Shown in pieces: positions 39,645 through 48,349 of a stretch of 60,583 nucleotides of DNA. Position 1 is the first letter of the stretch, and the number at the start of each line of letters is the position of its first letter. Position numbers and translations under genes: made by a program. The stretch covers positions 1 through 60,583 of the forward strand of contig JANPEF010000017.1 in the NCBI GenBank assembly GCA_031431875.1, read 5' to 3'. The notes beneath the pieces are model-generated. The model ran no database searches. It was not told the DNA's origin and saw nothing but the letters and a program-made list of their open reading frames with translations. This stretch comes from Candidatus Eiseniibacteriota bacterium. GTDB taxonomy: Bacteria > Eisenbacteria > RBG-16-71-46 > DASYSL01.

Positions 39645-40966
39645 TGGGGTCGCGAAGCAGTGTCATGGCGAGCGTGCTCGTTGGGATCGTGGTGTTCCTG
39701 CTCGCGGGCTTGCGCCCGCTCGCGGCAGGCGCGGACGCTCCCGGGGAACCCCAATCGGCCGCAAGCGGCCGCTTTGAATGGTTGGATGTCGGCGTCGCGG
39801 TCGACGTCGAATCGGTCGTCGTGCGTGCCGAGCAGTCCGAGCCCGTGCGCACCGCCCCGGGCACGGTCGCCGACGATGCCCCGCGCGAGCTCGCCGCCGG
39901 CGATGCGCTCATCGTCTGGCGTGAGCGCGGAGCAGTGCGATTCGCGCCGGCTGACGGTGCCGGGCGCGCGCGCGGCGACGGCACGGTGCTGACCGCGGGC
40001 GACACGCTGTTCGTCGGCGGCCCGGGCAGCGAAGCGGTGATGATCGGCGGGAAGCGCTACCGCGGCGGAGCCAAGGTGTTCGCCGGCCCGCGCGGGAAGC
40101 TGATCGGCGTCAATCGCATCAGCGTGCAGTCGTACCTGCGCGGCGTGCTGCCGCACGAGATCGGCAAGCTCGAGGCGGCGACGCTCGAAGCCGGCAAGGC
40201 CCAGGCCGTCGCCGCGCGCACGTACACGTTGTCTTATATCGGCCGCAGAGCGGCCGAAGGATTTGACTTGTACGACTCCGTCGAAGACCAGGTGTATGGC
40301 GGCACCACCGAAGAAGGACCGATCACCGACCGCGCCGTGGGCGACACCGATGGGATCGTCGTACTCCACGCGGGCGCCTACATCCGCGCCAACTACCACT
40401 CCACCTGCGGCGGGGCGACCGTGAACGTCGAGGATGTGTGGCCCGACCCGCCGTTTCCGTGGTTGCGGCAGGTCGAGGACCGGGACGTGAACGACGCGTG
40501 GTGCAAGTCGTCGAAGCACTTCCGCTGGGTCGAGCGCTGGACCGGCGCCGCCGCGCTGTCCCTGCTCAACAAGTACGGACCCGAGCAGAGCGGCATCGCG
40601 CCGCCCGCGGGTGGCTGGAAGGAGCTGCGCGACGTGCGCGTCGCCTCGCGCACGCCGAGCGGGCGCGTGCGCGAGCTGACATTCGTCACCGACAGGGGGA
40701 CGATCGTGGTGTTCGCCGACCGCACCCGCTGGGTGCTGCGGCGGCCCGCGTCGGCGGGCGGCGGAATCCTGCGCTCGAGCCTGTTCAAGCTCGCGGTGAA
40801 GAAGGACAAGCGCGGTCGCGTCAGCGAGGTGATCGCCTCGGGCGGGGGCAACGGCCACGGCGCCGGCATGTGCCAGGTGGGCGCGCTGGCGCAGGCGCGC
40901 GCCGGGCGCGATTACCGCGCGATCCTGCGCTTCTATTACACCGGAGTCGAGCTCGTGCGGCTTTGA
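39641..40966 (+). CDS. SpoIID/LytB-domain lytic transglycosylase-like protein
   Basis: YLRGVLPHE, KAQAVAARTY, DQVYGG, YHSTCGG, GHGAGMCQ.GA and ILRFYY motifs. Confidence 0.9.
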   Translation: MMGSRSSVMASVLVGIVVFLLAGLRPLAAGADAPGEPQSAASGRFEWLDVGVAVDVESVVVRAEQSEPVRTAPGTVADDAPRELAAGDALIVWRERGAVRFAPADGAGRARGDGTVLTAGDTLFVGGPGSEAVMIGGKRYRGGAKVFAGPRGKLIGVNRISVQSYLRGVLPHEIGKLEAATLEAGKAQAVAARTYTLSYIGRRAAEGFDLYDSVEDQVYGGTTEEGPITDRAVGDTDGIVVLHAGAYIRANYHSTCGGATVNVEDVWPDPPFPWLRQVEDRDVNDAWCKSSKHFRWVERWTGAAALSLLNKYGPEQSGIAPPAGGWKELRDVRVASRTPSGRVRELTFVTDRGTIVVFADRTRWVLRRPASAGGGILRSSLFKLAVKKDKRGRVSEVIASGGGNGHGAGMCQVGALAQARAGRDYRAILRFYYTGVELVRL

Positions 40967-41556
40967 GCCTCGCCGGCCCCACGCCTCCGTTCGAGCTCCT
41001 TGCAGACCTCTCCCGCCGCCTGTCGGCGGCTCGAGTGCATCACGCGCTCGGCGCGAGCGGGCTCCTCTACGCGCACGGCCTCGTCGATCACGTGGGGGAC
41101 TGGGACCTCACCGTCGAGGGTTCGCGCGCCACGATCGAGCCGCTCGTCGTCGACCTCGCGCCGCGATTCGTCGGTTCCTCGGGCCTGCACGCGGACTCGA
41201 AGCTGGTGCTGCATGACGCGCTGGTGGAGCTGATCCTCGACTTCGCATTCGTCAGCGAAAACGGTGCGATTGCCCGCATGCCGACGATCGTGGCGGGGGA
41301 GTGGCGCGGCATTCCGCTCGGCGCGCTCGAGATGTGGGCTGCGGCCTACTCTCTGTTGGGTCGCTCGGCCAAGGCTGAGCTGGTGTTCGCGCGGCTCGCC
41401 ACGACCGGCGCGGATCCGGCCGTGCTCGCTCGCCTCGCGAAGGAACCACTGCCCGCCGCTCTCGCGGCGAGAGTCAGCTCGCTCCCGCTGCGCCGTCCGG
41501 TCGCCGGCACAGGACCATCCGGTTCGCCGGGCGGTTCGCAAACGCCCCGATCGTGA
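40963..41556 (+). CDS. hypothetical nucleotidyltransferase-fold protein
   Basis: ALGASGLL...VGDWDL (GS...DxD pattern); TTG overlapping the upstream stop. Confidence 0.55.
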   Translation: MSLAGPTPPFELLADLSRRLSAARVHHALGASGLLYAHGLVDHVGDWDLTVEGSRATIEPLVVDLAPRFVGSSGLHADSKLVLHDALVELILDFAFVSENGAIARMPTIVAGEWRGIPLGALEMWAAAYSLLGRSAKAELVFARLATTGADPAVLARLAKEPLPAALAARVSSLPLRRPVAGTGPSGSPGGSQTPRS

Positions 41557-42238
41557 GCAGCGCCAGATCCCAGCGGTAGAGCAGTTGCGGGAACCGATTC
41601 AGGAACCGGAACGGCCCCAGTTCGTTATTCATCAGGTGGTGCGTCGGCGCGTCGTCGAGCACGGAGAGGCCGCGCGCCATCAGTGCGGGGCCGTAGGCCT
41701 CCCAGCCGCGCACGACATTGTGCGCCGCATCGTGGCGCCTCCCCCGCAGGAAGATCTCGGTGAACACGAAGTAGCCTCCGGGCTTCACCGCGTCGGTCAG
41801 GTTGGTGAGCGCGCGATCCCAGCGCTCGTCATCGGTGATGTGGAACAGGACGTCGAAGCACGAGACGATGTCGTACGTCGTCTGCGGCCGCCACTCCGAA
41901 AGGTCGCCCACCTCGAAGCGCGCCGTGGGGAACTTCTTCGCCAGCTCGAGCGCCGACACGTCGGTCAGGTCCACGCCGGTGACGGCGCCCCCGCGTTCCA
42001 GGAAGTGCTCGACGAAGAACCCGCTGCCGCACCCGCCGTCGAGGACGTTTCTTCCGGCGACCCGGACATGGTGGGCGGCGCACAGGCGGTCGAGGACGCC
42101 GGCACGGAGGGCGTAGCACAGGCGGTTGTACTCGGCCGAGAGGCCCGGGTGCCCGGTGCCGCGCAGGTCGAAGTTCTCGGATAGCCGCTCCTGCCAGAAC
42201 TCGCGGGGGCGGTAATCCGATGACGTGGGGTCGCTCAT
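41474..42238 (-). CDS. class I SAM-dependent methyltransferase
   Basis: VLDGGCGSG, VTGVD, YDIVSCFDVLFH and KPGG motifs. Confidence 0.88.
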   Translation of the reverse strand: MSDPTSSDYRPREFWQERLSENFDLRGTGHPGLSAEYNRLCYALRAGVLDRLCAAHHVRVAGRNVLDGGCGSGFFVEHFLERGGAVTGVDLTDVSALELAKKFPTARFEVGDLSEWRPQTTYDIVSCFDVLFHITDDERWDRALTNLTDAVKPGGYFVFTEIFLRGRRHDAAHNVVRGWEAYGPALMARGLSVLDDAPTHHLMNNELGPFRFLNRFPQLLYRWDLALLTIGAFANRPANRMVLCRRPDGAAGAS

Positions 42239-42281
42239 GAGGGCAGGATAGGGGCCGATGCGGGACCCGTCCAGCGGACCC

Positions 42282-42311
42282 TTGACGGGGCGCAAAGGAC
42301 CCCGCTATTCT
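42282..42311 (+). promoter_or_regulatory. sigma70-type promoter of tRNA-Asp
   Basis: TTGACG-N18-TATTCT. Confidence 0.55.
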
Positions 42312-42353
42312 GCGCAGGCACCGCGGGGGCCCCTTGGCCCCCGTCATGCTGGA

Positions 42354-42430
42354 GGGGTTGTAGTTCAGTTGGTTAGAACGCCTGCCTGTCACGCAGGAGG
42401 TCGCGGGTTCGAGTCCCGTCAACCCCGCCA
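42354..42430 (+). tRNA. tRNA-Asp(GTC)
   Basis: acceptor GGGGTTG/CAACCCC, anticodon arm CCTGC-CTGTCAC-GCAGG, T-loop GTTCGAGTC, encoded CCA. Confidence 0.97.
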
Positions 42431-42486
42431 TTCCCGTCGTCTGGACGCCGTGCCTTCGGGCCGGCGTTTTCGTTTTGGAAAAGCCG

Positions 42487-42514
42487 TTGACCCGTTCGGA
42501 CCGGATCGTATACT
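42487..42514 (+). promoter_or_regulatory. sigma70-type promoter upstream of the acidic ORF/speB
   Basis: TTGACC-N16-TATACT. Confidence 0.55.
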
Positions 42515-42589
42515 GCCGCCGGTTTGCAGTGCCGTCCCGTCCGAACCCGTCCGGCGTCGCGCCGGACCACACCACAGGCAGGGTGCGCT

Positions 42590-42799
42590 ATGGAACTCCT
42601 CGAACTGTCCGCGGCAGACGAAGCCCTCGTCCTCATGATGGGGAGCGACAAAGACGACGCCGACGAAGAATTCATCGACGACCTCGACGAAGAAGAGGAT
42701 GACGATGACGATGATGACGACGACGCCGACGACTTCGACGAAGATGAAGATGACGACGACCTGGACGATGAGGAAGATCTCGAGGACGACGACGAGTAG
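42590..42799 (+). CDS. 69-aa extremely acidic small protein or leader peptide
   Basis: 45 of 69 residues are D/E; mixed GAC/GAT/GAA/GAG codons hold the frame. Confidence 0.65.
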   Translation: MELLELSAADEALVLMMGSDKDDADEEFIDDLDEEEDDDDDDDDDADDFDEDEDDDDLDDEEDLEDDDE

Positions 42800-42904
42800 T
42801 CGTCTCGCGAGGCACGATCGATCCCGCCGCGACCCGGCGCGGGGAGGCGCGTCCTCCTCGCGCCGTCGTCATTTCACGGGCCCCGTGTCGGAAGGAGAGA
42901 CGCC

Positions 42905-43831
42905 ATGATCCGCACCACGACGAACCGCCCACCGCACATGGTCGACTTCTGCTTCGGCGGCCTGCCCGGTGAGTTCACCAACCTCGAGACCGCGCACGCG
43001 GTCATCCTGCCCGTGCCCTACGACGGCACTGTCTCGTACATGAGTGGTAGCCGCCTGGGCCCGCGCGCGATCATCACCGCGTCGCAGTCGATGGAGCTGT
43101 ACGACGAGGAGCTGGGCGCGTTCTACGAGCACGGCATCCACACCTTGCCCGACCTCGAGGTCCAGTCCGACGCCAAGACCACGATCGACCGCGTCACCAC
43201 CGCCGTCGAGTGGGGCCTCGACCAGGACAAGTGCATGATCACGCTGGGCGGCGAGCACTCGCTCACCAGCGGCCCCGTGCGCGCCTACGCGAAGAAGTAC
43301 CCGAAGCTCTCGGTGCTGCAGTTCGACGCCCACGGCGACCTGCGGCAGGAACTCAACGGCACGCCGTGGAGCCACGGCTGCGTCATGCGCCGTGTGCGGG
43401 AGATGGTGCCGGCGACGCAGGTCGGCATCCGCTCGATCTCCGAGGAGGAGGCCGAGCTCATCGGCGCCAACAAGTGGCCCATGTTCAGCGCCCGGAGGAC
43501 CAAGGCGATGCGCGGCGACTACGCGCCCATCGTCGAGTCGCTCAGCGACGACGTCTACATCACGGTCGACCTCGATGCGTTCGACCCGGCGACGCTCCCC
43601 GGCGTCGGCACGCCCGAGCCCGGCGGCCTCGACTGGTACGAGCTGACCGAGATCGTCGCCCAGGTGGCGCGCAAGAAGCGTATCGTGGGCTTCGACATCA
43701 TGGAGCTCATGCCGATCGGCGGGCAGGTTCGCTCCGACTTCACCGCGGCGCGCCTGACGTACCGCATGTGGGGCTGGACGCTGGTCTCGCAGGGCAAGCT
43801 CGCCGCACCCGACCCGAATCGCCCGCTCTGA
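42905..43831 (+). CDS. speB: agmatinase
   Basis: GPRAI, GGEHS, FDAHGD, DLDAFDP and GTPEPGG ureohydrolase motifs. Confidence 0.9.
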   Translation: MIRTTTNRPPHMVDFCFGGLPGEFTNLETAHAVILPVPYDGTVSYMSGSRLGPRAIITASQSMELYDEELGAFYEHGIHTLPDLEVQSDAKTTIDRVTTAVEWGLDQDKCMITLGGEHSLTSGPVRAYAKKYPKLSVLQFDAHGDLRQELNGTPWSHGCVMRRVREMVPATQVGIRSISEEEAELIGANKWPMFSARRTKAMRGDYAPIVESLSDDVYITVDLDAFDPATLPGVGTPEPGGLDWYELTEIVAQVARKKRIVGFDIMELMPIGGQVRSDFTAARLTYRMWGWTLVSQGKLAAPDPNRPL

Positions 43832-43848
43832 GCAGGCACGAAGGCCCC

Positions 43849-45048
43849 GTGAGCGCGACCGACACCGCGACCGATTACCCGACGCTGCGCCTGAAGAAGA
43901 ACCAGGACCGCCGCATTCGCGGCGGACATCCGTGGATCTTCTCCAACGAGATCGACACCGTCGAAGGCGAGCCCGAAGGCGGCGCCACCGTCGACGTCGT
44001 CGACTCGCGGGGCGCCTACCTGGGCCGCGGTTATCTCAACCGGCACTCGTTGATCGCCGTGCGACTGCTCACGCGCAGCCGGGATCCCATCGACGCTTCG
44101 TTCTTCAAACGGCGCATCGCCCGGGCCGCGGCCTATCGCGAGGAACTGTTCCCGGGTGCGACGGCTTTGCGGGTCGTCTCGAGCGAGGGGGACTTCATCC
44201 CGGGTCTGACCGTCGATCGCTACGATGACGTGTTGGTCGTCCAGATCAGCACCCTTGGAATCGAAGCGCGCAAGGAGTGGGTTCTCGACGCCCTGCTCGA
44301 GACGTACAAGCCCCGCGCGATCCTCCTGAAGAACGACGTGCCGCTGCGCACGCTCGAGGGCCTGCCGCTGGAGACCTCGGTCTGGCACGGTACCTTCGAG
44401 CCGCCGGTCACGATCGATGTCGATGGCCTGCGCTACGCGGTCGACCCGCTCGCCGGCCAGAAGACGGGGTTCTTCTTCGACCAGCGCCTCAATCGCGGCA
44501 TGCTCGGCGGTCGGGTCGAGGGTGCCCGCGTGCTCGATGCGTTCTGCTACTCGGGCGCGTGGGGGCTGACGGCTCTGCGCCACGGCGCGGAGCACGTGAC
44601 GTTCCTCGACGAGTCGGCTGCGGCGATCGAGTCGGCCGCGGCGAATGCGACTCTCAACAACCTCAGCGAAGACGCCCACTTCGAGAAGGCCAACGCCTTC
44701 GACGCGCTGCCGCGGCTCGCCGAGGGGCGCGAGCGCTTCGACGTGGTCGTGCTCGACCCGCCTGCGATGGTCAAGTCACGCGGCAAGCTGGGCGCCGGGC
44801 TCAAGGGCTACCGCGAGCTCAACCGCCGCGCCATGTCGCTCCTGCCGTCGGGGGGCTGGCTGTTCACCAGCTCGTGCTCGTACCACGTCTCGCGCGAGGA
44901 CTTCCTGCGCGTGCTCGGCGAGGCGGCGCGCGACGCGCACCGGCCGTTCCGCGTGGTCGAGTGGGGGCGGCCCTCGCCCGACCACCCGGTGCTGCTGGCG
45001 GCGGCCGAGACGGATTACTTGAAGTGCGTCGTATTGCGCGCGATTTGA
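43849..45048 (+). CDS. rlmI: RlmI/RlmK-family 23S rRNA methyltransferase
   Basis: PUA domain GHPWIFSNEI, GQKTGFFFDQR.NR, LDPP and YLK motifs. Confidence 0.85.
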   Translation: MSATDTATDYPTLRLKKNQDRRIRGGHPWIFSNEIDTVEGEPEGGATVDVVDSRGAYLGRGYLNRHSLIAVRLLTRSRDPIDASFFKRRIARAAAYREELFPGATALRVVSSEGDFIPGLTVDRYDDVLVVQISTLGIEARKEWVLDALLETYKPRAILLKNDVPLRTLEGLPLETSVWHGTFEPPVTIDVDGLRYAVDPLAGQKTGFFFDQRLNRGMLGGRVEGARVLDAFCYSGAWGLTALRHGAEHVTFLDESAAAIESAAANATLNNLSEDAHFEKANAFDALPRLAEGRERFDVVVLDPPAMVKSRGKLGAGLKGYRELNRRAMSLLPSGGWLFTSSCSYHVSREDFLRVLGEAARDAHRPFRVVEWGRPSPDHPVLLAAAETDYLKCVVLRAI

Positions 45049-45893
45049 TCCAGGGGATTGCGGCGGCGAGCCTGCTCGTCACGCTTGCCGTGACGGTCGC
45101 GTCCGCAGCCGGCAGCATGACCTTCCAGAGTGCCTTCCGATCCCTTGACGGTGAACAGTTCCTCGAAGACGAGCCGATCTGGTTCTGCGTCGAGGATGAC
45201 GTCCTGGAACGAACCGGATCCCCCTGGCAGATTCGACTCGTTGGCATCGAGGATGCAGGCGTCGCATTTCGGGAGGACGCTCAAGCGCCAATGGACTTCA
45301 CGGCAGTGGCAATGCGGGACGCGCAGGGAAACCTGATTTCGCCGCCGCCACTGCGCGTGCGCCGCGCTGGCGAGTTCTCCTCGAAGTTCAACACGACCAC
45401 GCGTGGCGAACTCTTCCCCTTATTCTCGGTCCATCCGGGACTACGCGCGGGCCGCTACGAGGTCCGCAGGACCGATGCGGACACCGCAAGAGCGATCGCG
45501 ACGTTTCAGGTCGTCGCGCCCCGGGGCTCCGAGCTCTCGGTTCGCGCCGGGCTGGCCCGGGTCGGCCGCCTGCTCGCCGACGATGATCCCGCAAGTCTCG
45601 ACCAGGCCGCGATCCTCTCCAACGCCATCCTCGAGCGGTACCCCCGCAGCTCCTATCGGACGATCGTCTACATCTACGTGTGGGTCCTGAAGTCCGGGTT
45701 CTCGGAGAGTGGGGATTCGGGGACCTGGCTCGAGGAGGCTTTCGCCCACTTCCACGACTCCTGCTTCGGGGTTTGGGCTCTCGAACAGGCGGTACGGCGG
45801 GGGCCGTCGGAGGACTTCTACAAACGGCTGCGTCGGCTCGTCGGACTCTATCCGGACACGAAGCTCGCGCGTGCAGCCGTAGGGTTCCTTTAG
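45045..45893 (+). CDS. hypothetical secreted protein with a helical (TPR-like) C-terminus
   Basis: signal-like N-terminus; RYPRS and LYPDT repeats; TTG overlapping the rlmI stop. Confidence 0.55.
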   Translation: MIQGIAAASLLVTLAVTVASAAGSMTFQSAFRSLDGEQFLEDEPIWFCVEDDVLERTGSPWQIRLVGIEDAGVAFREDAQAPMDFTAVAMRDAQGNLISPPPLRVRRAGEFSSKFNTTTRGELFPLFSVHPGLRAGRYEVRRTDADTARAIATFQVVAPRGSELSVRAGLARVGRLLADDDPASLDQAAILSNAILERYPRSSYRTIVYIYVWVLKSGFSESGDSGTWLEEAFAHFHDSCFGVWALEQAVRRGPSEDFYKRLRRLVGLYPDTKLARAAVGFL

Positions 45894-45918
45894 GTTGGAG
45901 TCGTAGGACTCCCGACGC

Positions 45919-45948
45919 TTGATCCGTGTGCTGCCCTTGCACTACGAT
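45919..45948 (+). promoter_or_regulatory. sigma70-type promoter of the leader RNA/DUF3800 gene
   Basis: TTGATC-N18-TACGAT ending 7 bp before stem P1. Confidence 0.55.
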
Positions 45949-45955
45949 CAAGTCT

Positions 45956-46013
45956 GTCGGTTGAGAGGGCTGCCCTTGCGGCTCGCGCTCGGCTCGCCTG
46001 GGCCTCAGCCGAC
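45956..46013 (+). ncRNA. putative three-way-junction RNA upstream of DUF3800
   Basis: P1 GTCGGTTGAG/CTCAGCCGAC; P2 GGGCTGC/GCGGCTC; P3 GCTCGG/CTGGGC. Confidence 0.5.
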
Positions 46014-46061
46014 CTTCGTTCCAAACCCCTCGAGTTCCCGCCCCCGCCGGGTCCAGCGGCC

Positions 46062-46858
46062 TTGTATCTCTGCTACGTCGATGAATCGGGCGATCCCGGG
46101 CGATCCCGGGCGTCAGGGCTCGACGCACCTCGTGCTGACCGGCGCCGCACTCGCCGAAGGCAAGTGGGAGTCCGTCCGGTTCGAGTTCGACCGGATTCTC
46201 GCCGAAGTTCTGGACTGATCAACGGCGACCTCCAGAGCTCCACGCCAGCGATCTCAGGCGAGGAGTCGGGGTGTTCCGCGACCTGAGCGAGACCCGGAGA
46301 CGGGAGGTCGAGCAGCGCTGGTGTTCGGTCGTGGCGGGGCTCCATGAGACCGAACTGACGGTCTTCACCGTGATCGCGGACAAGCGATCGTGGTTTCAGC
46401 AGAACCCGACACGGACCGGCGATGAGCTCTACCTCGATCTCTTCGAGGATCTCTCGAGTCGATTCGACCTGTTTCTGCGGCGCAGGAATGCGCTCGGATC
46501 CCCGAGCAAGGGGATCATCATCGCGGATCCCCACAAGAAGGATCTCTCGAAGGCGCTTCGCAGGCAGCAGCGGTCGGCCCAGGACTCAGGAAACCGGTGG
46601 TCCCGCATCCACAACCTGATCGAGACGGTGTTCTTCCTCGACTCACAAGAGTCGCCCGGGTTGCAGGTCGCCGATCTCTGTTCCTACGCGGTCTGGCGGC
46701 TCATCGGGTCCGGGGACGCGTCACTCGCCCGCGCGATCCGCGAGTGCTTCGACCGGGAATCTCCCAGCTCATCCCGCAATCCGGGGAAGTGGCACGGGGT
46801 AAAGTATCTCGGGTCAGACCCGGTCATCCGGACGCGGCTCGCATCGCTTTGGTCCTGA
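46062..46858 (+). pseudogene. DUF3800-family gene with two frameshifts
   Basis: YVDESG in frame A; STHLVLTG..W in frame B; ELHASDL..DSQESPGLQVADL in frame C; 10-bp duplication at 46088-46107 and an extra base near 46200. Confidence 0.8.
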
Positions 46859-47059
46859 CTCGCCTGTCCGGCCCGACGTGCGCCAGTGGAAATCCCCGCG
46901 ACCAGTTCGAGCCGGTACATGCTGGGCAGCTGGTCCAACTAACCGCCTGTTCCAGAATGTGTTGAGGCGTCTCTCAAAGGTGCGTCCTCAACTGGTTCCG
47001 GAACCAGTTCATCGGGTGTGGCGCGAACATCCGATCCAACCGCCGCCCCCGAAGACTCT

Positions 47060-47413
47060 TCAGCCCGCCTGCGTCTCGGTCGCCGCGCCGCCCTCGGGCA
47101 GGGTCTCCGGCGCCGCCGCCGCCATCGCGCCGGCCGCCCGCTTCTTCACCTCGTCCACGTAGTTCATGCGCAGCTCGGTCAGGGCGCGCTCCATGACCTG
47201 GGTCTCCTCATCGCTGCGATTGCCGCGGGTGCGTTCCTCGAGTGCAGCGATCGTGTCGATCGTGATGCGGGCGGCGTCGAGCTGCGGCTCGTCGACCTTC
47301 GCGGTGGCCGGGTTGGCGATCTTGCCCAGTTGCTGGTAGGCGGCCTGGACCAGGCCCAGGACGAGCGAGATCACCAGGGCGGAGGTGCGGTCCTTCGGGG
47401 GCGTGACGTTCAT
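47060..47413 (-). CDS. DUF1844-family protein
   Basis: AYQQLGKIANP, AARITID...L.ERTRGN and L.ELRMNYV. Confidence 0.75.
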   Translation of the reverse strand: MNVTPPKDRTSALVISLVLGLVQAAYQQLGKIANPATAKVDEPQLDAARITIDTIAALEERTRGNRSDEETQVMERALTELRMNYVDEVKKRAAGAMAAAAPETLPEGGAATETQAG

Positions 47414-48258
47414 CGGTCCTTCTCCAGGGACTTCGCCTCGTCCCACAGCGCGTCCATCTCCTCGAGCGTGGCGCGCGTGGGGTGCGATCCCTTTTTCTCG
47501 AGTTCGTCCTCGATGTGCTGGAAGCGCGAACGGAAGCGCGACACGGTCGCCCGCAACTCGCGCTCGGGGTCGACGCGCACGAAGCGCGCCAGATTGGTGA
47601 CGGCGAACAGAAGGTCGCCGAGTTCCGACGCGAGGCGGGCGTGGCCGGGGCCGGTGTCCTTCCCGCGAAGCGCGAGTTCCTCCCGCACCTCCTCGAGTTC
47701 TTCCTCGACCTTGGCGACCACCTGCGCGACCTCGGGCCAGTCAAACCCGACCGACGCCGCTTTTTCTTGCGTCCTGAATGCGGCCGTCAGCGACGGCAAG
47801 GACGCGGGCATCTTCCCGAGCAATGAGCGCGAGTTCTGCTCCTCCTGCTTGATCTCCTGCCACTGGCGCTGCGATGCACTCGCGGTCTTCACCGTCGCGT
47901 CGCCGAAGACATGGGGATGCCGGCGGCGTAGCTTGGCCGCTGTCGCACGGCAGAGCGAGTCGAAGGAGTGGTGGCTGGTCTCGGCGAGCATGTCGGCGCA
48001 GCTGATCACCAGGAACAGCGTGTCGCCCAGCTCCTCGGCGGTCTCGTCGGCGTCGTTCTTGGCCACGGCGTCGAGGATCTCGTAGGCCTCCTCGATGAGG
48101 TAGGGCGTGAGCGTCGAGAGGGTCTGCTCGCGGTCCCACGGGCAGCCGTCGGGGCCGCGCAGCCGGCGCAGCACGTCGCGCAGTTCCTGGAATCCGGGAT
48201 CGGGGACGGCGGCGGGGGTGGCGGGGGTGACGGGCGCGGCTGGCAACTTGGGGTCCAT
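47410..48258 (-). CDS. mazG: nucleoside triphosphate pyrophosphohydrolase MazG
   Basis: LRGPDGCPWDREQT, EEAYE, EELGD, RRHPHVF, GFDW and ELGDLLF motifs. Confidence 0.94.
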   Translation of the reverse strand: MDPKLPAAPVTPATPAAVPDPGFQELRDVLRRLRGPDGCPWDREQTLSTLTPYLIEEAYEILDAVAKNDADETAEELGDTLFLVISCADMLAETSHHSFDSLCRATAAKLRRRHPHVFGDATVKTASASQRQWQEIKQEEQNSRSLLGKMPASLPSLTAAFRTQEKAASVGFDWPEVAQVVAKVEEELEEVREELALRGKDTGPGHARLASELGDLLFAVTNLARFVRVDPERELRATVSRFRSRFQHIEDELEKKGSHPTRATLEEMDALWDEAKSLEKDR

Positions 48259-48349
48259 GCCCGGAGGATAGCCGAGCCATGGCGCGAGCGGCAATCGGGG
48301 GCGCCTTGCCGCCGGGCCGACCCGCCCGTAGACTGCCGACGCGCGTGCC

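Noticed and set aside
42354..42480. tRNA-Asp as an integration site
   Set aside because: No integrase and no duplicated tRNA 3' end seen in the window
42640..42799. GAC/GAT-rich tract as a microsatellite
   Set aside because: Synonymous codon mixing and interspersed F/L/I/A codons indicate coding selection rather than slippage
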